NCBI RefSeq assembly: GCF_006345805.1
Contig: NC_043004.1
Location: forward strand, 20,088,001-20,152,000
Origin: Octopus sinensis
Lineage: Eukaryota
Length of the DNA stretch: 64,000 nucleotides
Reading direction: 5' to 3'
The translations under genes were made by a program, and so were the position numbers. Positions within the stretch are counted from its first letter, which is position 1. The number at the start of each line of letters is the position of its first letter. Below, piece by piece: positions 13,616-27,999 of the stretch. The notes beneath the pieces were generated by a model that was given only the letters and a program-made list of their open reading frames with translations, was not told the origin of the DNA and ran no database searches.

Positions 13616-14197
13616 TCTCTGTTTGACTTCACAGAGTCAGATCGCTGGTCAGCAACATTCTAAACTAGAAGTTACAGTCGGTCAACTACTTTGTCTTCTG
13701 ACACTGACGTCCATTTAAATGTGTCACTCTATCCGTAGTTTGCAAGTCTGCCTAACAAAGTTTTTTTCCTCTAACATTTATGTCACAGCAGGACTATCAC
13801 AATTTCTCTCACGTCATAGTCAGTTGATACGTGAGCTACATCCCTCTCACAATAACTATCCGTCTTTCAACCAATGTCTCAGTCAGTCACATGTCCCTCA
13901 GGCTATCTCTCCATTGTTATTAGTCAACCGCTACGTTTGTTATTTTGTCATTATATCGAACTAACTTGTGATGAACACACATGAATTAAACTTCAGTTTT
14001 CACGAACCTGAACTTGGACAGTTTCGTTCTTACTTCCAACTCAGTTACATCATGTGTGTTGCTCAGGAGCTGCAAAAAGAAAAGAAAACGTAATTTTTTA
14101 AAGTCCTTCTTTCTTTGCCTAATCGATGTATATATATATATATATAATATACACACAGAAAGAGAGAGAGAGACAGACAGACACACAGACAGAGAGT

Positions 14198-14266
<69 letters not shown>

Positions 14267-14288
14267 TAAGATACATGCATACATACGT

Positions 14289-14319
<31 letters not shown>

Positions 14320-15923
14320 TTTAAAATAGGATAAAATCTTTATAAGAAATTATCAGTAGTTAGCGTGAAAAACCTCATAAGGGAAAAATTTTTTAACTAT
14401 TTTTTTAAATATATTTATTTATATTAAGGGCATTACTATACATAAATGCCTCATGCTAGGAGGGACGGTAGTTTTGACTTTAAGAGTCCCTCTTAGTGCG
14501 ACACATTTAAGTATAGCAATGCCCTTAATATAAATAAATATATGTACATACATACATGCATACATACATACATACATACATACATACATACATACATACA
14601 TACAACATACATACATACATACATACTACATACATACATACATATATATATTATATATATATATTATATATATATAATATATATATGTATAGTTTTTCTG
14701 CTATCCAGTCTGGTGGAAATCTTTCAAGTTTTCTATTTTAAATATTTTCAAATTGTTAAGACTAGTTTGCAACTTTGTTAGCTTATGTGAGTTATATGCA
14801 GTTATATTCACTGCGAGGAAAAGGTATGACGCCCTACATTCTGTCGCGACGCTGATGTCTACTATTTGTGTCAGTATTCAAAAGTTTCCAGCGGACATAA
14901 CAAGGTGTAGTTGGAGAAGGCGGGTTGATGTTGAGGTTGTCGTTATTTTTGCTGTTTTTGTTGATATTGATGAAGTTTGGATTCAAGTTACGGATCTAGG
15001 TGGATCTATTGATAATAATTATACAGTTCATTTTATGGTTATAAAATTATTCTTTTTTTTTGCAGTTGTAATATATTAGAGGAATAAGGGCTGTGATACT
15101 GATTCTTTAAAGAGCCTGGTGAGTAGAGGAATGGGTCTGGTGCGTAGAGGAAAGGAGAAAATTATTTCCTGATCACAGCTCTGGTTCATACCAGCTAACG
15201 CTGGAGCTACCAATTGTTGGTGTTAAGGAGGGTTACTGAATAAAGCAACCATTGAGGTGTAGAACCAGTGCCCCCCACAGGCTTCCATTTAGGTTTTGCC
15301 AACTAAGACTTACTGACAAGACATGGAAGTATCTAGGTATCATAGAAAATGCTTTCCCAACGTGTGTTGAAGTAAGATCGAAACTAACGCCTTATAGTTG
15401 CGAAATAAATCTTCCTCACAGCGCAGACGAGATTGGTGTCGAAAACAGCTGTTGTTGTTGATATTCCTGTTGTTACTGATATAGCTGATGGCGGTTGGTT
15501 GAATCGGCAATTGGATATTCTTATCATCCAACTTTAGTGATAGAAAGAAATGAAGCATTACTCTGGATCTACACCCGCCATGTAATTAGAGTCCTTCTGC
15601 AATCTCTGACCAACTTATGCAGGACTTGGGGTTTCAATTTTCATACTTGCAGAGCCAAATAGTTAACATAAATGTTGTTTTGAACACACACACACACACA
15701 CACACAAGCTCGTACACACACAGAGGCACCCACGCACGTACTCACGAACGGACACACACACACGCACAAACACAATACATATATATATATTATATATATA
15801 TAATATATTATTTTATATTTATATATTTTATATATATTATATATATATTTATACATACAAATATATATTGGGAAACATACACACACACACGCAAACACAG
15901 ACACACACACAACAAACACACAC

Positions 15924-15976
<53 letters not shown>

Positions 15977-16120
15977 ATCTATTTATGTATATATTTGGAT
16001 ACGAAGATAACTGCATGCTTGTATTTCCATGTATATCTGTGTGCATGTAACTAAATGTATATGCATCCACGAGTGAATATCTGTATATCTATCTATCTAT
16101 CTGTCTCTCTCTCTCTCTCC

Positions 16121-16198
<78 letters not shown>

Positions 16199-16635
16199 AT
16201 ATGTATGTATATACATATACATATAAAATACACATACAGGCGCACACGCACGCAAATATATGCACACACATATATACATATGTATGCGTGTGTGTACATC
16301 ATAATACAAAAAAGAAGACCTGGAATGATGCTATCATATTTTTTTTATTTATTACAATATTTCGGTAATACGCCATTTCTAAGAATTCCAGTTTAGTGAG
16401 GTATTGCAAGCCGAAAATTTGAATTTATTGTCACCCATCCACTCGTAAAAGTTCAATAAACATGTACTCTAGCATGAAAGTATTAGTTCTGCAGTTAATG
16501 TCATATTGTTTTTATAAGAACGTAACATAAAAGCAAACACACATATACACACTATACTCACATATACACATATATGTATGTATGTATGTATGTATTGTAT
16601 GTATGTATGTATGTATGTATTTGTATTTGTCTTAC

Positions 16636-16695
<60 letters not shown>

Positions 16696-16884
16696 GCATA
16701 TATATACATGTATATACATATATATACATAATATATATGTAAATTATATGTACATATTATATATCTATCTATCTATATTATATAACCTGTATATATATAT
16801 AACATATATATATATATAGTATATGTATGCATATATATATATAAATATATATATATATATGTATATAGATATATATATATATAA

Positions 16885-17262
16885 TATTTTATTCTTTTAT
16901 CTGTTTCAGTCATTTGATTGCGGCCATGCTGGAGCACCGCCTTTTTTGCCGAACAAATCAACCCCAGGGCATTTTCTTAGTAAGCCTAGTACTCGTTCTA
17001 TCGATCATTGCGCCGAACTGCTGGTTTACGGGGACGCAAACACACCAGCGTCGGTTCGGGGGACAGACACTGACACACAAACATACGCACACACACATAT
17101 ATATATGTGACGGGCTTCTTTCAGATTATGTCTACCAAATCCACTCACAAGTATTTGGTTGGCCCGAGGTTGTAGTACAAGACACTTGCCGAAAGTGCTA
17201 CGCAGTGGGACTGAACCTAGAACCATGTGGTTGGTAAGCAGGCTACTTACCACACAGCCACT
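16885..17262 (-). mobile_element. tRNA-type SINE, family 1, full length
   Basis: Same head, body and tail as 8030-8442. Confidence 0.85.
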
Positions 17263-17268
17263 CCAGTG

Positions 17269-17310
<42 letters not shown>

Positions 17311-17328
17311 TTATATATATATTTATAT

Positions 17329-17425
<97 letters not shown>

Positions 17426-18534
17426 AATATTATTCGAGACACAACCACACTATTTTGCAAAACAAACAAGGAAAGACTTAATTAATACATAAAATTTTAA
17501 TAAATAGTCAAAAAAACGCCATACAAATCGTTTCTTTTTTCTTTTGGCGTTTTTTTGATATTTATTAAATTTATGTATAATTAAGTCTTTCCTTGTTTGT
17601 TTTGCAAATAGTGGTTTTTCTCGAATAATATTTTATAATATTTTAATATAAAATCGATTTAATCCTAAATCTGATTTTTTCCCTGTAATTTGGATTTATC
17701 CCTAATATTTATTATTATATTTATAGATATATATATCTATAATTTTTAAAAAACCGGAGAATAACGAGAAGAAAATACAACGCGAGGACATGGTACATAA
17801 ATACACACACACATACACACATATTTATACATGTATTCATATACAAACATTTATATCTATCTGCGTGTGTGTGTGTGTGTGTGTGTGCGTGCGTGTGCGT
17901 GTGTGCCAAGTTATAATGAAAGAAATTCCACTCATGACCATCCCGTTTTCGTTATAGGAGTAATACCACTTAACGCAACTTGACCATTCATGCTTAAGCT
18001 ATTTCGCGGCATGATTCTATGTAAATTTGGTTCTTATTTCTAGTTTGTGAGTAGAGTTCATATAAAAGACAACTTTGATGTTAGTCGTGGGAGTTGGTCA
18101 AAGTACTATTGTTACAATTTTTCATACAGCTCAATATGTTCAGACTATCGGATGCAGTAGCACTGCCGCTAGTCACAATGCGCCTCCACACATTGTCGCA
18201 GCTTTCGAATGATGTCACCCAGTGGTTACGTGGGCAGGCCCCAACAATTACTTTGAACGGAATGGTCCTTCCGTCGCAGGAAATACCCATTTAATGCCGT
18301 GTGGACAGGAGCAATGTGAAATAAAACACAACGCACCTCCAGTTTGGGAATCGAAATCACGATCTTGTGATTGCAAAAGCTCTAACCACTAGGCCACGCA
18401 CCGTTACATGTTATAAATGTTTGATATTTTTTTAAAACTGCTCCTAGTTTTATTGAACTTGGTTTGGGACTTAGTTATAAAAATTGTTCCAGCCTGCAGC
18501 AATAGCGGGAGTAGTAAAGGCGACGGCGGCAGCT

Positions 18535-18589
18535 GGAGCGACGGTCGCGATAGCAGCGGCGGCAGCAGCAGCAGCAGCAGCAGCAGTAA

Positions 18590-18623
<34 letters not shown>

Positions 18624-18627
18624 GATG

Positions 18628-18686
<59 letters not shown>

Positions 18687-18747
18687 GGTGGTGGTAGTGG
18701 TAGTAGTAGTGGTAGTAGTAGTAGTGGTAGTAGTGGTGGTGGTGGTT

Positions 18748-18788
<41 letters not shown>

Positions 18789-18905
18789 TGTAGTAGTAGT
18801 GGTAGTTGTGGTAGTAGCAAAAGTGGTAGTAGTAGTAGTAATCGTAGTAGTAGTAGTAGTGGTAGTAGTAGTGGTAGTGGTAGTGGTAGTAGTAGCAGCA
18901 GCAGC
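18535..18905. repeat. Compound trinucleotide tract (AGC)n/(AGT)n/(GGT)n
   Basis: Read directly. It generates the poly-Ser/Gly, poly-Val and poly-Leu/Pro ORFs in the track. Confidence 0.95.
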
Positions 18906-20829
18906 CGTAACAAGACGTCTTTATTGTTTCTCAGATGTTTTATAACGTCTTAGCTAAAACTCTAAGTGTAGTAGGTGCTGCTGTTGTTTAATTTGTTGTC
19001 GTACGGCTTAGTCGTTTTGAAAGTCGATAACGTGTGGTTTTAGGGGAAATTTGACTGTTTGTATCTCGCAGACCTACTATTCACAAAGAAGCTCTTTCGC
19101 TGCCACGTTGTAATGCTTGTGGTTTGCTGCATTTTGTATTCAGGAAAAGTGGTTTCAAATAATCGAGGAACTCAGTCAGGATAAAAAGAAATTTGTATAA
19201 CCTAATGCTGTCATACCAAGAAAAATGTGGTTACGAATGTTCTGAACACAGGGAAAAAGAAGAAACCTACGCCAATAGATTTTAAAGCTAAATGCTGAAA
19301 GTTATTTTAGAGTTTTTACCGCACACTTCCGCTTCAGTTTCTTTACTGCCATCTTGTTCTCGGCATCGTCTTATATATGTATATAATGTAGATAACGTAT
19401 ATAATGCATAATATATACATGCAATGTATGCTTCTAAGATATTTAAGCATGCATTTCAATTGATAAATGACTACCGAAGAAAGAAACTGGGTCTCATTTT
19501 AGTTTTGTTTCAGATTCTGTTAATGTTTTATATTAATTCATGCTCATAAGGAATTTGGATGGAGTAGACGCCAAACTAATTTCAAAGAGAATAATTCAAT
19601 ATTCTACACTATCACTGGATAAAGTACCATATAATGGTAGCAACCCCAAATTCTGCCGTTCTCTAAATACAAAGCGCAGAAATCAAGGATGTAAATGCAT
19701 TGGTGGTGGTGCTGCAGCATGGCTGCAATTAACTGACTGCAGCTATTAAAAATCATGTCACCATTTTGTTTTCCTTTGCTGTTGTCACTCTCTCTCTCTC
19801 TCTTCCCCCTCTCTCTCTCTTTCTTTTCTCTTCTCTCTCCTCCCCTCTCTCTCTGTCTCTCCTCCATGCGTATAAACAATAATAAACGATACAAAGAAAG
19901 ATTATTTGAACATTTGACACGGCTTCAGCTCCCTGTTAGAACTAACTTGCATCCAGTCACTTAACGAGTGGCTATGAACGGAAAAGTATTTCAAGACACT
20001 TCTAGTGTTCTTACTACTTTATGTTGTAGCTGATCTGAAATGAAAAGGGCATTATAATGCAAGTTGTAGGTATCAGGTGCTCTGGGATCCACTGCTGATG
20101 ACGATCCACGTCTAATGACATTCCGATACAATTACATGATTGATGTTATAATGAAAATCAAGAAGATAATAACTTCTTAATTCCAATACCGTAATATTGT
20201 AAAGCGAATGATTGTTATTACTGTGAAGCATTATTAATCCACACCTGAATGAAATCCATAGCATGTCATTGTTAATATTTTCTTGCTCTCTTTCCAAATT
20301 CATATCTGACTTTGATCCATTATTTGTCAATCTACACATGCCATCATTTTTTCAGGGAATTGTTCGATTTCTTCTGCCACCAGTCTGTGTTGAATTTTAT
20401 CCAATCGGTGATTTTTTGGCTACATACATTTCTACATTTCCTACGAATTTTCTCATCATTGTCAGATACAAAATTATCTAATTGATAAATATTGCTATTG
20501 TATTGTGAGGTTGCTATGGACTGTGATTGATCCCAGGTCAGTGCTGATAGAGCAGACGAATGGTCAAAGGTGTTCCAGCCGTTGATCATCTTATCTTCTT
20601 ATATATCAGTGTCTTCCCTGTGGAATGCTTTCTCTATATTTAAGAGTATGAAGTAATAATTGGAGGATATGTAGAAGCCCCATTACACAAACTATAGGGG
20701 GTCAAAAATATCAATAGTATTTAATAAAAATCTCAGGAGTAAAATATTCTTTTTATTAAAATTAAAACCGTATATTATCTTATGCGACAGAATGTTATGC
20801 GCTTCAGATAGTAGTTACTTGCATGAAGG

Positions 20830-20862
<33 letters not shown>

Positions 20863-20863
20863 T

Positions 20864-20914
<51 letters not shown>

Positions 20915-20999
20915 TGTGTGTGTGTGTGTGTGACTGTATTTAGGAAAATCTAAAACGCTCCAATGGAAAAGAGAGCAGAAAATATAGAAAATAAAAAAA

Positions 21000-21860
21000 A
21001 TCCAACGCTAAAGCCTTCTTTAAGTTTGCCAAAGAAACTACCCCAGTGCATTGCAGGGAAGGTCCACTCCTCCAAAAAGATGGCTCCATTATCGAAAACC
21101 CAGTGAGAATCAGCGAAATACTGAAGGAAACATTTAAAAAATTCAAATCTGTTTTTACCTAACCCTTACGGTACATTCAAGTTTGCAAACCTGACGAGTT
21201 CATTACCACCACAGGTATAAAAAGAGAGGCAGCAACAATTGATTATATCGATAAAAAAGATGTAATACTTGCTAGAGACGAGAGAAACCTGAACTCAACT
21301 ACTGGCTTTGGTAGTTTTCCAACATTCCTTCTAATATCGTATAAACGAGCCCTATGAAAACCACAGCAGTCTTTTTTTCCAGAGTTTCTTTGCAAATAGC
21401 AAGCTTCTAGGCTAGACTTTTAGGCTAGTTGAAGGAAGAAATAATGTGCATTGTTCATGAAGTGGGTAACAGAGCAGATACTAAACACTATAGACCTATC
21501 TCTCTGACCTCACATATTAGTTGTTATGAGACAGATGGTCCGTAGGAAGGTAGTCACGTTCCTTGAAGAAAAAGACTAGCTGATTGACATCCAGTATGGT
21601 TTCCGACCAGAAAGAAGCGACCTGACACAGCTCTTACAATACTATGACTGGGTGCTGAAACAGTTGCTTAACCGTTCAAATGTCGATTTGATATATCTCC
21701 ATTTTGCGAAGGCCTTCTATAAATTCGATCATGGAATGATATGTCGCAAGCTGCGTAACATCGACACAGTTGGAAAACAAAGACAGTGGTTAAAAAACAT
21801 TTTAAAAGTTAGAAGTCAAGCAGTGGTGGCCAATAGTTTTGTTTATGGTGAAATGTTCGC
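21000..21860 (+). mobile_element. Degenerate LINE ORF2 fragment (reverse transcriptase, CR1/L2/Jockey-like)
   Basis: Translation across stops and frameshifts gives ..YRPISLTSHI.., QYGFRPERSDLTQLLQYYDWV, VDLIYLHFAKAFYKFDHGMICRKL, matching the LINE RT motifs YRPISLT / QxGFR / DxSKAFDxVxH. Confidence 0.9.
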
Positions 21861-22143
21861 GCCGTAAATTAGCTCACCCCCTCCAGCTAGTCGACGTTTC
21901 CTGAGCAGGTGTACAGCATACCACGCGTCAGGTGTCGACATAATCGCAGAGTAACGTGAGATGAAGTGATGCATTTTAGCTCTTATTTCTAGCAATGTAG
22001 GGATTTCCTAACACCTTTGTCACATTTAGTGACGATTATAGCTTACCTTTTTGGTGAGACATTGCAAATTGCTGTCTACATTAAATTTCTGTATACACAT
22101 TGGCGATTCGCTAAATCATCCATAAATTTCTATGATGAAAACA

Positions 22144-22290
22144 TATATACTGATAGAGGATTAAGCCTGGGATCTGCGGAAGTCGAGGGTTCCATTACTG
22201 ATGATACAACGGAAATTGCCAAAATTGATTGTCAGTATAGGGAATTCCCGAAAGGGTTTTCAAATGATTACTGATCCTGTCAGTATATAT
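22144..22290. mobile_element. Small MITE-like element with TA-embedded terminal inverted repeats
   Basis: Left TATATACTGATAGAGGA, right TCCTGTCAGTATATA (reverse complement TATATACTGACAGGA). Confidence 0.55.
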
Positions 22291-22375
22291 GAATGAGAGC
22301 ATTTTAGCTCTTATTTCTAGCAATGTAGGTGTTTCTAACATCCTAGTCACATTTAGTGACGATTATAGTTATTTG

Positions 22376-22760
22376 GTGGCAAAAGAAGTTTGCTCCCCAA
22401 CCACATGGTTCTGGGATCAGCCCTACTGCGTGGCACCTTGAGCAAGTATCTTCTATTATAGCTTCTGGCCGACCAAAGCCTTGTGACTGGATTTGGTAGA
22501 CGGAAATGGAAAGAAACCCGTCATGCTATATGTGTGCGTGGGTATGTGTGTATTTGTGTGTCTGTGTTTATCTCCCATCATTGCTTGACAACCGATGTTA
22601 GTGTCTTTACGTTCCCGTAACTTAGCGGTTCGACAAGCGTGACCGATAAAATAAGTACTAGGCTTAAAAGTTATAAGTTCTGGGGTCGATTTGCTCAACT
22701 AAAAGGCGGTGCTCCAGCATGGCCACAGTCAAAATGACTGAAGCGTGAAAAAATAAAGGA
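22376..22760 (+). mobile_element. tRNA-type SINE, family 1, full length
   Basis: Head CCAACCACATGGTTCTGGG..GTGGCACCTTGAGCAAG through GGCGGTGCTCCAGCATGGCCACAGTCAAAATGACTGAA. Confidence 0.85.
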
Positions 22761-23349
22761 ATAATATATATATATATACTTTTAGCGAATGATCTCTGGG
22801 GTGATTTGATTTTCGAGATATTTTATTTTCCATGGGGAGACCACAGCAGTATTCGAAGTGTGACCGTAATATATATATATATACATGCGCAAATTCTCAC
22901 TCGCATGAATTCACACACATACATTGATAAATACAGGTATAGTAAATACCATGCAACATAAATACATGATTTATGAAAATTATCTCCGCATCTGGAAAAT
23001 ATTTTACACTTACTGAAAAGCAACATAGGCTCCATAGGTGAAGCAACATCTCCGTAGGCGTAGTGGAGATAATCTCAAGAATGAAGATTTCTCCAAATTT
23101 GATCCCCATCAAGGAAAAGGGTTGACGATAAGAGGACAGTTGTGGACAGTTGTGTTTCTGGCTCAGTACTGAACATTTGCACGACAATTGTCCAACATTA
23201 ATTCCAGAGATTTCTTGTAGAAAAAGAATCGAATACCTACGTATATTACTTATATAACACCTCGTATATTACTCATATGCAGAACCGCCGATTTTCTATA
23301 CCAATTTATAGCCTTATGTATGCCTCGACTCATTATTCTACGTTTATAT

Positions 23350-23433
<84 letters not shown>

Positions 23434-24249
23434 TGTATGTATGTATGTATGTATGTATGTATGTGTGTGTGTAGATAGATAAAGATAGCTATGACCGGTC
23501 TATAGCCGAAACCCCTGATTTTGCGTCTATATTAATTATATACCATGTCACCAATGGCCATTAGCGTGTGACGGGATGCAGTAAGGCTAAGCGATTTATG
23601 GACGCGAAACCCTGGGTAACCCCACAGACCGGCTATAACTAACTTTATACACTCTACTGTTCTAGAACTTAGAGTGTTCAACTCGCACATTTACGATTTA
23701 CTGACGACACACACACACACGTACATGATGGAGTCGTCCTTCGTTAGATGACGTAGGAGGGTTTGATAATTTCTTGCTTGAACAACCACACGGAAGATTT
23801 GTGTATAGGGATCAAATGTTTGTGTAGACCTAAGCTCACTCCTTTCATCAGATCGACATTACCTGAACAGATGCAACGGGTGCCACATGTCAGATGTCGA
23901 AATGATCGCAGATCAACCTGAAATGAAGTGCTTTGTCCAAGAACACAACGCAACGTCCGGTCTGAGAACCGAACCTAATATCCCTCAATCGTGGGTGCAA
24001 CCCCTTAATCATGAGTGTGTGTATATTGATATATCCATGTGTGTGTATATATATATATATGTGTGTGTATATGTATACACATATATGTACATACATGGGT
24101 GTGTATGATTGTGTATGATTTTTTGTATTACTCAAGAAATTCCAACTTTGTCTGATTTTCACTTTTTATTTACAATCTAATAATAATATAATATAAGATA
24201 GTATAATGAAATGAAATGACAGCATATTAAAAGTCCAATTTGATAGAAC

Positions 24250-24550
24250 TAGTACTTTCATGTAATAAACTGTGCAATCTTCAGATTCATATAGTAGTAG
24301 TCACAGTTATGTCTTACAATTTACAACTGTGACGAGATGACTAAACTGTGCGCCTTAAATACATTTGTATAGGCTCCAGAATAAGTTTTGCAAATTGTAT
24401 TCTGAGCAATCAGTGTGTGATTTTACTAAATTACCTAAGTTTATTGGTGTTTTGTTTAGGTGTCCCAATTTTTTGAAAATGTCAAGAGACCTGTATTTTG
24501 ATCCTAGCTAAAGCAGTAATTGTTGGGTTGTATTTAGAAATGTTGTAAAC
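24250..24550 (-). mobile_element. Possible highly decayed Penelope-like GIY-YIG remnant
   Basis: Minus-strand fragments SKYNPTITAL and CKTYSGAYTN..HNC only loosely echo PLE motifs. Confidence 0.3.
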
Positions 24551-24584
24551 AACATTTCCTAGAAATTTTTACATTTCACTTATC

Positions 24585-24625
24585 ATCATCATCATCACCA
24601 CCACCACCACCACCATCACCATCAG

Positions 24626-24657
<32 letters not shown>

Positions 24658-24700
24658 CCACCACCACCACCACCACCACCACCACCACCATCACCACCAC

Positions 24701-24742
<42 letters not shown>

Positions 24743-24800
24743 CATCATCTTTATTATTTTTGTTGCTGTTGTTGTTGTTGTTGGTGGTGGTGGTAGTGGT
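24585..24800. repeat. Compound (CAT)n/(CAC)n/(GTT)n tract
   Basis: Read directly. Confidence 0.95.
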
Positions 24801-25322
24801 ATGTGTAGCTATGTGGTAATAAAACTTTAAACACAAAAATTAGATAATTTTTACTGACTTTTCTCTTGTCTTAGCTGGTATTTTCCTGCTATCATAATAA
24901 TGAGAAAATTTAGTATTGTTGTTGTTAGTAGTAGTGGTCGTAGAAGTAGAAATAGTACCTCTAAATATTAGTATTAATGTGGGGTTGGAATTTATTAATA
25001 AAGTGCTTTTCTCTGATTTTTCTTTTAATTTCACTCGGACTGCGTAGTTTATAGAATGGAAATATAATATTCCCATTTAGGTTAGATTTTTAGGTTAGTA
25101 ACATATTTATTTCTTCTTACATGGGTGTTGCTGGCACACTTATCTATGAATATTATTTTATATACATACGCGGTTCTATCTGTAAAAATGTGTATATACT
25201 AGTATGTTTCTAGGGCCCAACATTTTCCCTCATATACATGTCTGTATATGGGTAATCAAGCTTGGCTCTGTATGTATACACACACACACGTATATATATG
25301 TGTGTGTATGTATGTATATATG

Positions 25323-25372
<50 letters not shown>

Positions 25373-25576
25373 GGGAGTATAATTCCAAACATACAGGGAT
25401 TAATTCAATTTAGTATTAAATCAAATTTCACAATATACTTATTATATATTGATTATTCATTTTTATACTTTTTGTGATCTAGTTATGTTTTATAAAAATA
25501 TATTTTATTTGTTATTCATGTTTTGGCTTATGTCTATCATTGCTTGAATTGCATAATAGTGGTTTTATCTCTAATT

Positions 25577-25688
<112 letters not shown>

Positions 25689-26035
25689 ACACATACACAG
25701 ATGAATAAAGGCGTGTACCACGCGATTGTTTTGGGTCTTTGGAAATGCAACTCAATTTGAAAAACGTGAAGTTGTTTTGAAATAGATTTATTCACATATA
25801 TACAAAACTAGTTTCCACAATGTTTTGTTCATCAATACTATATATATATATAAAACAGTGGGATTATATATATTATTTTATTCTTTTATGCGCTTCAACC
25901 TTAAGGCCGTGGCCACTATGTAGCTGTATACGCGTGTGGATCTATGTTAGCTTACTGTATATGTGAATATATGAACGCACATCTTTGTATGTATGTACAT
26001 ATATAAATATATATGTGTGTATATGTATATATAAC

Positions 26036-26180
<145 letters not shown>

Positions 26181-26258
26181 TACAAAAACTTCAGAGTGAA
26201 TACTTGATAACTGTAAGCATCTGTATATGCCAGTTAGTGGTTTAGCTGATAGGGTATG

Positions 26259-26581
26259 TTTATCAAAAGAAAAACAGGATGCAAAGGATTTAGCGGTACA
26301 TATGTTTCTGGCTTTATTGGACAGTTTATATCAATGTATAATTGATGTAACATGTATGTCAATAGCCTTCTTCAGCTGCGCACAATTACCACACCAAAGA
26401 CATGTATTACATTATAGCAGGTTTGAGATGTAATACATGTCTTTGATGTGGTAATTGTGCGCGGCTGAAGAAGGCTATTGACAAACATGTTACATCAATT
26501 ATGCATTGATATAAACTGTCCAATAAATCCAGAAACATATGTACCGCTAAATCCTTTGCATCCTGTTTTTCTTTTGATAAA
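26259..26581. repeat. Near-perfect inverted repeat: ~154-bp arms, 15-bp loop
   Basis: 26259-26412 is the reverse complement of 26428-26581 with about 5 mismatches counted by eye. Loop is TATAGCAGGTTTGAG. Confidence 0.95.
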
Positions 26582-27134
26582 TATATATATATATATATAT
26601 TCCTATGAGTGTATCTATGCATGTGCATGTTTTCATTATTATATACATTCTATCTTTATTTCATTAATTATATGTGTACGTATGTGCGTGTATACACACA
26701 CACATACACACACAACTATTACTTATAATTCTCTTTTTTTTTACTGACTTTTGTTACATCTATTCTGATTCTCATCTCAAAAATTCTTCAATACCCATCC
26801 TAATATACATAAAATTATCATATTCTAATTCTGGGCTGAGTTTCCCCTCATACGCCTGAATTTTTATTTCCTATATACTTGTATGTTTTTTCATTGGTAA
26901 TGTTTTTCTGTGTATATACACAAATGTAAAATTTTCCCAAATGAATTACACTTCTTGTTTGGAGCTCCGATGAAACTATAAGTTGATATTCAAGCACTGA
27001 ACTTCGAGAGTAATGCATCTCATAGCAGAAGGCGCTGTAAGATAATGAAGTTCATAGCGTAACTGTTTATTCTTTTATTATCTCAATTTCTTATACATAC
27101 GTACATGTGTACACACAGAATGTCTATAGATAGT

Positions 27135-27218
<84 letters not shown>

Positions 27219-27250
27219 CACACACACACACACATATACATGCATATATA

Positions 27251-27810
27251 CAGGGTGGTGAAGAGTAAGTAGGCATTAAAAACTGGTAATAAAATATATA
27301 CATCTTTTACAAATTTATTGAAACTAATGATATATGTTCTTTATTACATGGATAAATGGCAGTAAATATTCAGATTTCAACGTAAGCACCGGTGGTACTA
27401 ACCAGTGTCCTCAAACGGCTAGGGATGGAATGAACAACCTTCTGAAGTACGTCGTCTGGGATAGCATTGAGAATCTCCTGAATCCGTGTCTCCAAGTCGT
27501 TCAGTGTGCGAGGTTTTTTGGATCCCCATACGTAAAAATCCCATGGAGTGAAATCTGGATATATGGACTCCTGCGATCATAGTCTTCAGGTTTTAGATCC
27601 TGCACGTAATGGGATTTCCACGGACATAAATTCTTCTTTATGGAACACAGTACGTATTGTGTGTTTTCTTAATTCACTTTCACGAGCTGCATTTTTGCTG
27701 ACTTTTGCGGGCTGCAATTAAACATTTCCTCTACTCTTGCCACGTTCTCCGCTGATCGGGATGAGGTTCGATGGCCATTTCTTGCATCGTTCACAGTAGT
27801 TCTAAAACAC
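27251..27810 (-). mobile_element. Internally deleted Tc1/mariner-superfamily transposon (DD37D/DD41D-like)
   Basis: TA|CAGGGTG end at 27251. Minus-strand C-terminus PDFTPWDFYVWG..KPRTLNDLETRIQEILNAIPDDVLQKVVHSIPSRLRTLVSTTGAYVEI* and an HTH-region fragment RTSSRSAENVARVEEMFNCSPQKS. Confidence 0.85.
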
Positions 27811-27999
27811 ATAAATACTACCGTTTATTAAAAAAACACGCAGTGAAAATATCGTATGCAACATCTTATAACATAGAGTACTACATACATAAATACGACA
27901 ACCAGAAATTAAACACTAAAAACGTCTGCTGGTAGAGAACAAACAAATCAAAACTACACAGTATTTAACACCAATAACCAAAATAAACAACAGATAGAC

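Noticed and set aside
13971-14093. Short + strand frame MNTHELNFSFHEPELGQFRSYFQLS..KT*, faintly like an NPR3 cytoplasmic tail
   Set aside because: Only 40 codons, no convincing acceptor in the right phase, and the position directly after exon 1 is incompatible with a terminal exon.
18417-18953. 178-aa ORF with a hydrophobic N-terminus and Ser/Gly-rich body, resembling a secreted structural protein
   Set aside because: The body is a compound AGT/GGT/AGC microsatellite that is open in several frames on both strands. There is no independent support such as splice sites or homology.
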